Assembly (NCBI GenBank): GCA_964036045.1
Contig: OZ038379.1
Span: 24,118,001-24,182,000 of the forward strand
Direction of reading: 5' to 3'
DNA length: 64,000 nucleotides
DNA from: Eutreptiella sp. 'Long Island Sound 2002'
Lineage: Eukaryota > Protista > Euglenida
Position numbers and translations under genes: made by a program. Below, piece by piece: positions 20,331-32,089 of this stretch. Positions within the stretch are counted from its first letter, which is position 1. Each line of letters starts with the position of its first letter. A model generated the notes under the pieces. It was given only the letters and a program-made list of their open reading frames with translations. It searched no databases and was not told the origin of the DNA.

Positions 20331-21951
20331 GGATTTGTTTCTGTTGTGCGCCAGTCATTGGTGCAACTTGACCTTCTATCTATGGGTGTGGCACTTGTTG
20401 GCCGCACGTATACTGTGACTAAATCCGCTAGAGCGCGGTTCCACGGCTTTTGTGCATACATGAAGCAAAAGATGCAACATAGTGGACGTCATGCCAATTG
20501 TTAATGCTTCATTCACTTGTCTTCTTAATGCCATGTGCATTGGTGGCATGTTTGGTTCTGTGCATTACAACAAACTTTTTGCCTCACGGCAGCAACTTTT
20601 TATGGGTATAGATTCCAAAAACCACAACATTTTTGCCTCTTTCCAAATCTGAAATTCATCATTCCTCGGAGTGCAAAAATTGTACACATGATGCACAATA
20701 TGACCCCAATTCACATGCCCATTCCACCAAAAAAAAAACCGCGCGCAAAACGCAGCTATGCAGCAAAAGTTATGAAACAATAGACTTTTTGCAGGTGCCA
20801 ACGGACATTTTTACCGCTATTGAAAATGATGCACATGTATATTTATGTATGGCACGGTAGAAAGGATCCCGGGTCACATGCCCCGGAAATCTGCCGATAT
20901 CCTCGGGCCCTAATGGCCCGGATATAAGAATTGGGCGTAATGCCCCGGATATCTGCCCTGCATCTCCAGGCACATATCCGGGGCATAGGCCGAATTTTTG
21001 TGTAGTATTTTTGCTCTTTGCCGTGTCTCCTTTAATGACATCATGGGTGGTATACTTAAGCTTAAGCATAAGCATATGCTTAAGGTTATGCATTCGCTTA
21101 AGCAGCTAATGAAAGCTGCATAAGCAGGTAGTGCATGCCTTAGGTGGGTGGTGTTGAATGTTGCCTTGAGTTTATCCAATTGGACTATCGAATGTTGCGT
21201 AGACTGGCCTCACGTGGGTGGGGTGTGTTCAACGGTGGTGATATGGCTTAGACTGATCCAAAACATTTGACAGTGAGGGGAGGGGGTTTTCCAAAGTGAT
21301 CCACGGACCACTTTGTCTCCTTCAATAATTGTACACCACATATAGCGGCAGGCTACAAGCCAAAGGCACAAGAAATCTTTTTGCGGGAGTTCACTCCACC
21401 GATGCCGTGTGACTTGAAAGGCTGCATTACCTACACTGCGACTACTTGTTGTTCGATACATTCTTCAAACCCCAAAGGTGTAAAGGCAAACCTAGGCCCG
21501 GGGCAACATGTGATGGGCTGTGCCTCGTACAATCCGGGGGCAAAGGTTAGGCGTTCTATCCCACACAGGCAAGAAATTGCGGTTCCGAGGGGAAACTTCC
21601 AAACGACTAACCGGTGTAAAACAGAGCAATGCTAACAAGGTGCATGCCGGTTGTGCCATGCGGCGAAAGGCCAAGGTTCCACACTTGTGCTTACAAGGAG
21701 CCAACAAGCCATTGCCAATGCTACTATTTTGTGCAAGAGACTATTGTGACATGTCTTTCCATCAATGAATGGCACACTTGCAAACTTGTTGGGACGGACG
21801 GAGGGAGGGAGGGTCCGAGGGATCAAGGGAGGGAGTGTGTGGGTTATGCCATCGCTCAGCGTGTACGAAACATTTTCTCAAGGGTCGCAAGCGGTCGGAA
21901 GTGGTCGTAGGCGGTGGGCTCCCCCTGGGGACTGGGCAACCCACTCCGCGG

Positions 21952-22052
21952 CGGATCGGAGGTCCGGGAACCCCCCCCCCCCCCCCCAAGGATCGGCGCG
22001 GATCGTGGATTGGAGGTCCGGCAAGCCCCCCCCCCCCCCCACTGTTGCCTAG
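21952..22052. repeat. Short repeat family (poly-C dimer ending CTGTTGCCTAG); second copy at 23328-23422
   Basis: Both copies contain CAAGGATyGGCGCGGATCGTGGA...poly-C...CTGTTGCCTAG in the same orientation. Confidence 0.6.
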
Positions 22053-24659
22053 GGGTGCGGATCAAAATTTTCAAAAACCACCAAAACCAGCCAAAACACA
22101 TGGGTCAAAGGCATGGAAGGCATAGCAAGCAAACACAACACCAAGCAAAAAAACATCCACGCATGCATTGAAATTTGTTTTTCAAATTTCTGTACGGCAA
22201 CCTTGGTGCCGGTATCTCCAGGCAATGACGACAACCACATTGTGGTGTGGCATGACGGTGTAGTGGTTCATAGTAGGCAAACAAGTCGCCGCAGAAGCAC
22301 TAGCAAGGGTGGAGCACCGTGCCCCAGTCCTTTGCCATGGCCACCAAAACACACACCCGTGCCACGTACCGGCCAATGACAGACCAGGGTGGCGGGCAAA
22401 CCTCATGACAGGACGAAGCACGCCAAGTAAATAGACCCGACGGCGGCAAGCATTAGCATTTGTGCAGTGGGCCAAATGGTAACACAAAGGACGCGTTGTT
22501 TGAGGGATGCGCGGTTTGAAGGTCGCCGGTTAGAACCCTGGTACACACTAGAGCGGGCAGCGAGCAGCGGGAGGCTCGGCCCAAGGTCCAACCGAGGGAC
22601 CAGATAACGAGGGCCCTGGATGGCCAAGCATGCATGGTGATGGAAGTGGGGACAATATTTGTTGTTGGGGGTGGACGCCGCGGAGCCGCCTCCCATCCCT
22701 GGGGACAGAGACACCCGGACGGGTGCAGAGGTGTACACCGCCTAGAGGTGGCACCAAACCCAATGCCAATCGTCTTAGGCTGGGCGCTCCACGTGAGGCG
22801 CTCCACCTAACCAAGCGCTCCACGTGAGACACATGTGCCACTGGCCCAGAAACCCCCGAAACCGAAACGGAAACTAAAACGAACCCCCCCCCCCTACCAA
22901 CCTCACCCACCCACCCCACCCCTTCCACTGAGGTCATGGAAGTCCCCTGGTTGCTTTTGGGGGCTCTTGTCAATTCAGCCCTCCGGTGCGGGGGGGGGGG
23001 GTCCAGCTAAGGGGCTCTATCGACAACCCCTTGAAGTGAAAGTCCGCCCACCCCAGGGGCCTATGCAGTATTTGTCTTCCAGTCACAGATGCGTGCTTCT
23101 GCGTATGCCATTCCTTCGCGTGGATTGTTGTGTACACAGGCTGCTAAGAGAAGAGTGTCTCACAGCCTTTCACTTCTTTCCCAAAGGACCTCTTTGCATG
23201 TTTCCGGGGGTGTGTAAAGACGAATCCCCCGTGACCTGTACTCCATTGGACAATTTATGTTGCAAGTTCAGTCAATTGGCAACCTATCTCCTCACTATAC
23301 CTTGACCGTGGTAATAGATCGTACCATGGATCGTGGATCGAAGCTCAAGAACCCCCACCCCCAAGGATTGGCGCGGATCGTGGAACGGAGCTCAAGAACC
23401 CCCCCCCCCCCCTGTTGCCTAGTCCCCCCTCTCCCTTTGTAGGGCTAGGGCACTGCACATTGCATACCCGTTGAAAGAGTCAAACACACAAAGCAAGGAA
23501 GTCCTTAGAATATTGGATCATCAGGCTTTTGTGCCCTGAACATGCGCAAACTGTTGCGGAGAGAGATGCCAGTATTGATTGACAACTCATCGTGAACACA
23601 CTAAGCCACACCTAGCAAGGTGCACTACACAACCCCATGGGTCCGAAGCTGGAGTAAGATAACTGTGAGTTACCAAATGCCTTGTGTCAGCAACAGAAAA
23701 TTGGAAATGCACCTCACGAAACAAAGAAGTGGTTGGTGGATGTTTTGCATGAAAAACACGCAATTCCAACAACAACGGGTTGGTGGCCAGAGCGGTTAGG
23801 TATTGACCCCATCCCATGCTGGACAGCCTAGACACGCATGGCTAGAAGGGTTGGCAACCTTTGGAATACATCGACCTGGATAACTCGATGGTGTCCCTGC
23901 CAACCTGATAATCTGAAGGGTGGCGCGGTTGGGCCCACCAAGGCTCGGAAATGTTATCCGTCCCGGTGCAACCCCCCCCCCCCCCTGCCAACAGGTCGGG
24001 TCACAGATCAAACATGGAGGTGAAAATATACCCACCCTCCCAAAATGGATCAAAGAACATAAATCCACTGAAAGCCTTGATGCGGTGCATGTATTGCTAT
24101 AGGAGCTCCAACCTCACCAAGTCTTACGCCAATCTTCTAGCATTTCCATCAATGCAAATCAACTCTGCCGATCGTTCAAGGGAAATGTTTGGAGTTTGAT
24201 ACATTTGCATTGGCCTACAATTCTTGTTCCATCGGTCAACGGGAGGTGAATAGAGCTTGACGACTTTGAACTAGTTCCAACCAGGTTACATCCAATTTGT
24301 GCACTTCGTAGTTCATGGAATTGGGACAAACTGGATGTGCACACGATTGCGTAGAAAGGGTTGCACATTGCACCCAACACCCCGATGAGGCCAGGTGCAT
24401 AAAGATGCGGGAGGGGTACATCTTCACGCTTTCAAACCTTCTTCTTATCGAGTTGTGATGCTCCGACCCACGAAGGACAACAAGAGGCAGTGGACGGGTG
24501 GTGTGGGTCCAGCGGGTGTGTATACTGCCAAACGCATGGTTGGTGCTCCCCCTCATGTTGGTGGGGTGCCTTCCTTTGGGCGACAGTGGAATGAATAAAG
24601 ATTATTAGATTCACATCATTAGAGCATTGTGGCACATTTTGACACTGCACCCTGGCAAA

Positions 24660-25613
24660 TTATGTTGCGAAATGCCTCATAATAGGTGGGCTTGCTGAAG
24701 GGGTAGGGTGGGGTAGTTGGTAAACACCAAAATTGGGCAGTGTGGCACGAGTTGATGGTGCCTTTGGCCTACTACGGTAGCCCCCGAAGCGGAGGTGCTC
24801 CGACAATGTCGGAACAAGAGATGCCGCTATTGTCGCTAATGCGAGCCCAAGGACCCCCAAAGACCATGCATCGAACAATATAGAGACAATTTTGCCTCCA
24901 TGAGTGGTGGGGTTTCTATTGGTGAGTGGATTGGTCATCGCCGTCATAAGCGCAATCAACCACCAAAACCCATCGATCCAAGGCCAACCTTCAATGGCTG
25001 CAAGAGGGCCTGCTAGCACGGCTGCTGCTGCACACAGGACCGCAGGGACGAAAACGAAACATAGACCAAGTAGCTTGAGCACACACCATGCAAAACTTGT
25101 ATTGCTACGCCCAGAAGAGTGCACACGGAGAAAATTTGCAATGGGCGTGAACACAGGCCCGCCAATCATTGAGAGGAACACTATCAAGATCGAGATGCCC
25201 CAAGCCGCGGTAACTACAGCCATAACTTTCCCGAAGGCGGTCGTGGGGCTTTGATTGGTAAGGGGGTTGGTTGCATTCACGCAAATCGCTGCTACGTAAA
25301 AAAATCCATCGATGAACGCCCAGCTCTCAATAGCCGCCAATATACCCCCGAGGCCCAACCCGACAAGAAATAAGATGGCAGGCATAACCACGAGAATGAA
25401 CAACACCAATTGCAATATTGCTAAAGGTAGACTTTGATATTCCTCGAGTTCTTCTTCTGCCTCGATGTCCTGCACCTGGAATTGTGTCATGGGATGATCC
25501 AAATACCATGACGGAGAAAGGTGCACCGTTGGATAAAGAGCATCTTCGCCATGGCCGGGCATTAGCCCGTTTCTCAGACGTGCTGTGTCATTTTGGGAAA
25601 CATAAGAATACAT
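24660..25613 (-). CDS. Two-pore-domain (4TM/2P) channel-like protein, paralogue 3, intronless (317 aa from ATG 25613)
   Basis: Single ORF with four hydrophobic segments and two repeats, ESWAFIDGFFYVAAICVNATNPLTNQSPTTAFGK and EGWPWIDGFWWLIALMTAMTNPLTNRNPTTHGGK, matching the E-G-W-x-F-x-D-x-x-Y...P-x-T-x-x-G-K/R frame of K-channel pore modules. Confidence 0.88.
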   Translation of the reverse strand: MYSYVSQNDTARLRNGLMPGHGEDALYPTVHLSPSWYLDHPMTQFQVQDIEAEEELEEYQSLPLAILQLVLFILVVMPAILFLVGLGLGGILAAIESWAFIDGFFYVAAICVNATNPLTNQSPTTAFGKVMAVVTAAWGISILIVFLSMIGGPVFTPIANFLRVHSSGRSNTSFAWCVLKLLGLCFVFVPAVLCAAAAVLAGPLAAIEGWPWIDGFWWLIALMTAMTNPLTNRNPTTHGGKIVSILFDAWSLGVLGLALATIAASLVPTLSEHLRFGGYRSRPKAPSTRATLPNFGVYQLPHPTPSASPPIMRHFAT

Positions 25614-25949
25614 GGAAGCTTCTCGCAAATTGCCAAGTGACTCGCGATCAAGCAAAATGCTGCGGTGTGCGTAGAACGAGCAAGAAACTTCCAAAGGATT
25701 GATTTGTGTACCCTCTCAGCCTACTGGACGCATGATCATGTGTTTCGTCCGAGGATTCTGCTTTGCTCGGTGCTTACTTGCTCATGATCATGATACATAT
25801 CCATAGGACTAAAAGACAAATTGTCGTACACGGACAATCCATCACCCATACGCAGGCATGTACGCTACCCGGACACCTTCTCCCCCAATGCGCGGTCCGT
25901 ACGATGTTCTCTTGTGCTTGTCTTGGTGCTCAGTGTGCCCTTAGTCTTT

Positions 25950-26510
25950 TGCCCTGATTCTTTATGTTGATGCTTGGTTGTTTTGTTGTCAAGTGTAGCA
26001 TGAAAGCAGATGAAAGCAGCGTGGTGTATAGAGGCACATGTGTGTGCCGGTGTGTGTCCGGGTGGGCTGGGCATGGTGATTGGTGTGCTGTTCCAGCTTA
26101 TCACTGAACTGCTCACAACGACATTGAGGCTGAGTGAGGAGAAAGCTGTGCGGTGTATCAGGCATAAAACCCAAACCCAACCACAATGTAGCATCCTCTC
26201 GTTGTATATGCAGCTGCATATGCGACCACTGCTGTACACCCAAATCAAAGGCAAGCAAGCCGTAGAAATGCAAAAAATGTACCCAACCCCTGACCCGGGT
26301 CACATGGCAGGCCTGCCAATCACAGTCGTACAGGTTCACTCCGACCCAGTGCCCACGGTTCTGCCCTGCTTAACCCACTGATGCATCTCCGGCAATTGAA
26401 ACACGCTGTACAACTTGTATCGTTCCGAGCACCTCCTGAATTGGGGCTTCCACCATGAATGTGGATAGCCACAGATGGTCAATCCCCACAACAGAGATCT
26501 AAGATTAGCT
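25950..26510 (-). pseudogene. Possible second decayed CMC/Transib-like transposase fragment
   Basis: Motif-like pieces in shifting frames: LLWGLTICGYP, YDCDWQA, MPDTPHSFL. Heavily disrupted. Confidence 0.3.
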
Positions 26511-27551
26511 ATAATGTCCCCAGTCGACCAGGCATACCACATGGACTTTGCAAACAGAGACGGCAGGAACAGACGCCACACCACCCGGGCGTTTGGGGAT
26601 AGGGGACCCACTGCCAGCACTCCCCCTGTGCTGCCTCATGGAGCGTTCGCGCCGCCCCTTTGCGCATAAGTGACAAGCACCCATCTGGCGCAGGGCACAA
26701 GACGGCACATTCACCCCACTCCACCACTGCCCTGTGAGGTTCCCACTTTAAAGGGAGGGAAGCATAGGCAAACTGGACTGAGGGGGCTATAGGAGGTGGG
26801 ATGTCGGCAAAAACGAAGTAAATGTTGTCACGAGACCCACCCAAAAGCACAAACGGTCGTGGGGGGAACTCATGCTTCAACTGAATGGCCGTGTGAGCAG
26901 TCTTCTCTTCCCTTGTCAGCAATATGCAACACATGTTTGCAGCCTAGCGCTTTGTCCCTCCTCGAGCTGTTGTTGGTACAACCCCCAGAAACGTCTCCAT
27001 TTGATGGAACTTCTTTCTTTCTCTCCAATCCAATCTTACTCCATGAAGTGTAGCAAAACACACTGTTGCAGGATGTGGTTCACCTTGCATGAATGCTATT
27101 GTAGAGTGCTCACACTATGTCTTCGCTTCTTTGTTAAAGTCATATTGTTTCAGATTGCTTTCCATTTCTCCCTCCACTTCTGGTGCCAAGTTATCCATAA
27201 TCCATTTTCCTTTTTGCATCCATCTCCTTCATGGTGTGACATGTCGGTCAAAGAGCACCATGGAGTGTAAGCAAACAACCAATTGCTTAGGTATCCGGAA
27301 ATCAACACGCCACGTTACACATTGCAGTGTGTTGTTATGGCACATTCGTGCATTGCTTGCCGTTGCCACTGACGAGGGTACCCAAGGATCAATTGGAAGT
27401 ATTCAAGAGGCAAAACAAGGCAGGTGTGATTTGTAGGGAGAAACAATCGACCAAGACCAAGTTATTCGTGGATGCCAAAAGCTGAAAGTATAACTCAAGG
27501 GCTACGCGCAAGACATGCGGCACGTGCCATGAGGCGTGTGGTAAATGGATT

Positions 27552-28141
27552 GCGAGGAGGCCTTGAGTGGGGCGCCTCATGAATATTTGTGCCACTTCTC
27601 CCTCCATTGGGATATGTTTGGTGCCTCATGATTTTTTGAATTGAATGATACAATTTTCTGGACACAAAAGCACTCCTTAGTGTCAAACTTGTGCTTCTTC
27701 CCAAAGCAACGCAAGTTAAGCAAACGTGCACTACTCCATGGAAAAAGACATAGCCTAAAACCAAATGTAATGAAATGCGTGCAATTGCTCCTGCTTCACA
27801 TCTTGCCCTTTCCCCTTGGCTGGCCCACTGCTGTGGGCCCTCTCTGAGGTGTAGGTGGTTCAGACATCTACATGGCTTTCCTATTTCATGATTCAGCGTA
27901 GCAAAATTCCAGTGACCTTGTTCTGGTGTGTGCTGAGCACCATCCTGCGGGACCCACAGGCGCAACCCTTTTCTACCTAAGCCAATCTCATCTCAACAAA
28001 ATGAGATGCACGCGGATTCTTGCTGCTATGTACAAGACACTGCAGCTAGTATCATTGTGTGCGTAACCAGCGAGGAGGCCTTGAGTGGGGCGCCTTGAAA
28101 ATCTTTGCCACTTCTCCCTCCATTGGGATATGTTTGGTGCC
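27552..28141. repeat. ~75-bp direct repeat pair (27552-27625, 28070-28141)
   Basis: GCGAGGAGGCCTTGAGTGGGGCGCCT...GCCACTTCTCCCTCCATTGGGATATGTTTGGTGCC appears twice ~520 bp apart, with a weaker third echo near 27170-27200. Confidence 0.8.
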
Positions 28142-29519
28142 AAATCGTCCATAATCAATGTTCGCGTGTTTCTTTGTCCTCGTCCCCCTCGTCTAGCTGC
28201 TCTCTTTGCTAGCATTGTGTTTGATACGTGTAGGTATGCATGAAGCGCTCGACTTTGTGGCTTAAGAACAAGAACACGTCACCAATGCCGAGTGGGCAGC
28301 CGGTGGGGGGGCGGATGGCATCAAAGTTTCCAATCCCTATTTATTCAAGCAACACTGATATCACACAAAGCAGCAATATGCAAGCCTCGAATAGTTCAAA
28401 TTATCATGCAAATGTATATCTCACACAAAAAATACCACGACGGTCCACAAAGGCCCGGTAGCTGATTCCGCGACTTCGATTTTGAGGCCTACAGAATCAC
28501 TCAGATGGCCCAAACGGGCAGGAAATCGGGTTTTTTTGGTATACTGGAACAAAATGACATGCAATGACCTACCGGGGAAGGTCTGTCCCAGAAAATCCCC
28601 GCCCCCAACCCTCCGCCCAGCTGTCATGCCACATCCCTTGAACTACCAGAACGGCAAGGGTGCAACGGGCAAGGGGAGGGGGGAGCACGTAGGGCTGAAT
28701 TGTACACCGTTGGGCAAAGAGGAAGCCAAGGGCCGAAAAATAGCCGATTTAAGAAATTCAGTGCAATGACCGGCATACGGGTCGGTTTCTCATGCGACCT
28801 AGCGCTTATTTTGCCCATCAATGTGGGTGATCAGGGGGAGCAAGGCTCGAGGAGTATGCACACACTGGTGGTTTTTGGTAGAATTAGTATTGTGAGAATC
28901 GCTACAAAGACTTTTTGGACCGTTGTGACCCAAAAAATTTTGCGCTCTGTACCTGGTGGGGCCAAGATCCCGTGTCGGTACCAGCGGCTGTTAACAGATT
29001 TACAGCCGCGTTCAAATTTTGGGGTTTTCTCTTGGCTGCCGCCGAGTTTTGGGGTCGGACTTGGACGCCGTGGCAGCTGCACTGATGGGGAATGGGATCC
29101 CAGGTGGGGGGGGGAGAGGATTTGCCAGGGGACCCTAGATTTAGCTGCCTGAATTAGACGCATTTTGGGGTTGCGTCAAATTTTCATTGTAAAAAACTTT
29201 ACACTTTGTTCAAAAATTGAGAAAATCTCTGCGCCGGCGCCACCAATCGAGAGCGCCCGCACTGGTGATGGAGCCTGCCGGCTGCGATTCCAGCGCTCAG
29301 ACCGCTGGAGCAGCACTGCTGGTGGCCTGTGTGCTGGCGCTTTTGCTTATAGATTTGTTTTGGTTTTTTCGAAATTTTTAAAAAAACAAGGCCGGGGCGG
29401 GCGCCCCGGCTCGAGAACCTTACCAATTATCAATCAGTGTGCCCTGGGGCATCAATGGGCACATGCACGCATCAAAGATTGGGCCGGAAAGCCCACATAG
29501 GCGGCATAATACCACCAAC

Positions 29520-30179
29520 TTACCTAAAACTCACCAAGTGCACACTTGCATACACAGTCACATGCATCCACCCCCCAAAAATCATAACTTCGTGCCACCG
29601 TGACCGTTTTACAAACCGTTTTTTTTTGTTTGAAAGCCCTTTTTGTGTATAATGCATCGATGTATTTGAATATGAGTCATATCCAACGCATTTTGAAACA
29701 TTTTGCAATGTTTCATTTTGACTTGGTAAAATTTTGGCACAAGTAGTGTGTGACAAATTTATGCCAAATCGAAGGTACACCTCAGAAGCAGCTTTACGAG
29801 AACTTAGTTTCCCTTTACTTACTTCTTGACCCGCCCATTGGTAGGCTTGGGCATAGAGGTCCCAAGGATCAACCTTAACATCTTCTTGACGTCGGGGAGT
29901 TGACTCTTCAGGTTGGGGGGCATTCACCTCCATTTCAATGCAAACTCCTTCTTCCTTTAGCTTCTTCAAGTAGTAGGCAATATGGTTCTTCGGGATAACC
30001 CACTTCTCTCCGGCTTGTGTGGGACCTTTGAGAACTCCATTGAGGATGTCCCATGCACCTCGCATGGCACGATCCTTTTGCGAGAGAGTTGCAATCAACT
30101 TCTCATGGTCGGTGACCACAGAGCATTTGCGAGAAGATCTCCTCATAAGTAATGCTGAGAAATTTGACAGAAAAGGCAA
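29520..30179 (-). pseudogene. ORF with HTH-like motif, possibly the N-terminus of a pogo/Fot1-type transposase
   Basis: KLSSRKAASEVYLRFGINLSHTT resembles the S-x-R-K-A-A...G-I-x-x-S-T HTH pattern. No DDE domain follows. Confidence 0.35.
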
Positions 30180-30890
30180 AACAATGGTTGTTCAAATATT
30201 GGACTTTAAAGAGGCAGTTTGGCTCCAATTGACCTAGGCGAGCATCCATTTAATGCGGATTGTAATGCCAATGTAGCAGAAAAGCTCGGAATCAAAAAAC
30301 ATGGCATTGGCATGAAGAAATGCCCAAAATTTGAACGGCAATTTTGGGATTTTGCGAGATATGGGCCAAAATGCCACAACCCCCCAGGGCAGAAATTCTG
30401 GTACAGTGCATTGTGACAGAAATTCTGATGCTCCCAGCTATAGAACAGCTCTCAAGCTACAGATCTGTCAAAAAAAATCCACATTTGGTGGTTTCCTGCT
30501 GAAGATATTCCCAACATTTGAACGAACCGGCCAAAAAGCGCCGCCCGTAAGCATTATTACAGCCGCTGCCAGCGTAGGGGTAGCGGTGGACAAGGCTTGT
30601 TAGGAAAGTTGAAACACCTACTTGGGGGGGCAAAGAGGGGTTGTTTGGGCACATATGCATGTAGTAAACGCACTTCAATGGTTTTTTTCTGTGGCCCGCC
30701 CTTGGACATGTTGTTTCTAGCCTACACCCGGTTGGTAGTTCTCAGCCAGCTCTGTCTGCCACTGCTAGGGTTAGGGTTGGGGCAAGGCCACACGATAGCA
30801 CTACACAAAGGCAAGCAATAAGTCACCATTCAAAACGTTAAGCAACACAATGTTGGATTTACTTAAGCTGTTCCGTATTCGCACAAAGCA

Positions 30891-31223
30891 TCAATCAAGG
30901 AGCCGGCTCGGGATGGCACGGGCCCGACCTGAGCGACTGGGCTGAGTAGACCTTGCCCTCCATTTTGCCCTACTATCGACAACTTGCACAACTCGCGAGT
31001 GGGACATCCTTAACCTAAGGTTTTTTTCCTTAAGTTCCTTCTTCCTCTTACAATCAACGGCCCGAAGTGCAACCATTCGGCGCCTTGTCTTCTCCATCTC
31101 AATCTTCACATCATCCAACCTCTTTTCATACATCTCCAACTCAAGGTTTTTGATACTTGCTTCTTTCAACATCATGTTGCAACGGTCCTCCATTACCTTC
31201 AAGTCTCCCGAAGTCCTTTGCAA
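30891..31223 (-). CDS. Coiled-coil ORF fragment of unknown function, probably TE-derived
   Basis: Charged heptad-like sequence LKEASIKNLELEMYEKRLDDVKIEMEKTRRR in AT-richer TE-like context. Confidence 0.3.
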   Translation of the reverse strand: MQRTSGDLKVMEDRCNMMLKEASIKNLELEMYEKRLDDVKIEMEKTRRRMVALRAVDCKRKKELKEKNLRLRMSHSRVVQVVDSRAKWRARSTQPSRSGRARAIPSRLLD

Positions 31224-32089
31224 CCTAAAAGAGGTTGAAAAGCAAGTGTTGGCACCTCAAAAGTGGAGCCGTACTTGGATCGGTAACAATTGCCGGCGTC
31301 ATTTTTGGGTCACCGGCAACCCAAGACACCAACGGGTGCACCGTACTTGACGAAACAACCCAAATCCTATATGCCCTTTGATCCCTCAACTTGTGGTGCC
31401 TTTAGTTTTGAAATCCATGAGGATCCACTTTTTGGCGGTATTAGTATACAAAGTTGAATAGCATGGTCAAACCTTGAAAACAAAGCGGCACAAGGCAACA
31501 CTACAACCTTGCAAACACGCACAAGCAGTTTTTGGGGGCAACCAACACAGACATGTACCACGATTGCAACATGGTGACAATTGTTAGCCTCAATTGTAAA
31601 TCAAAGATGTAATGACCACAATGCAAGTAATCACACCTTGAAAGTTTGGGTGTAGACCTCACTCGTAGTTGCCTTTTGAGCCTTGAGTGCGTCCTAGTTG
31701 CAACTTGTTGACAATGGCTTTCACAACCCAACCATGCCCAACCATGCCTTGCCCCTAGTCTTGCAATCACCAAGGTAGCACCATTGTGGTGTCCTACCAT
31801 CCTTCAAATGAGGAGGGGGTGGCTGCAATGGTAGCTCGGCCGGCGGCGAACGCCATTGCGTCGACACTACCAAGTCGCCATGGACCCAACACCACTTTTT
31901 TGGCATTAGCAGTGCGCAGCAAGATCCAAAGATCTGAAACATGGAATTGTCATAGAATTAATAGTTCTAACATCCTATCAAAAAAAATCTTGGACCCTGG
32001 TGCCGCACTATGATTTTCCATTCGATTTTGCACTAAAACTGCCCCTTCCGCAGCCGCCGGCGGCCATCGCCAGCTGTCCCGTACCCGTC

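Noticed and set aside
23500-24600. Possible decayed DIRS RNase H/recombinase
   Set aside because: Only vague motif echoes in broken frames; not supportable.
30765-30782. CTAGGGTTAGGGTTGGGG telomere-like seed
   Set aside because: Only about two units with no associated structure; too short to interpret.
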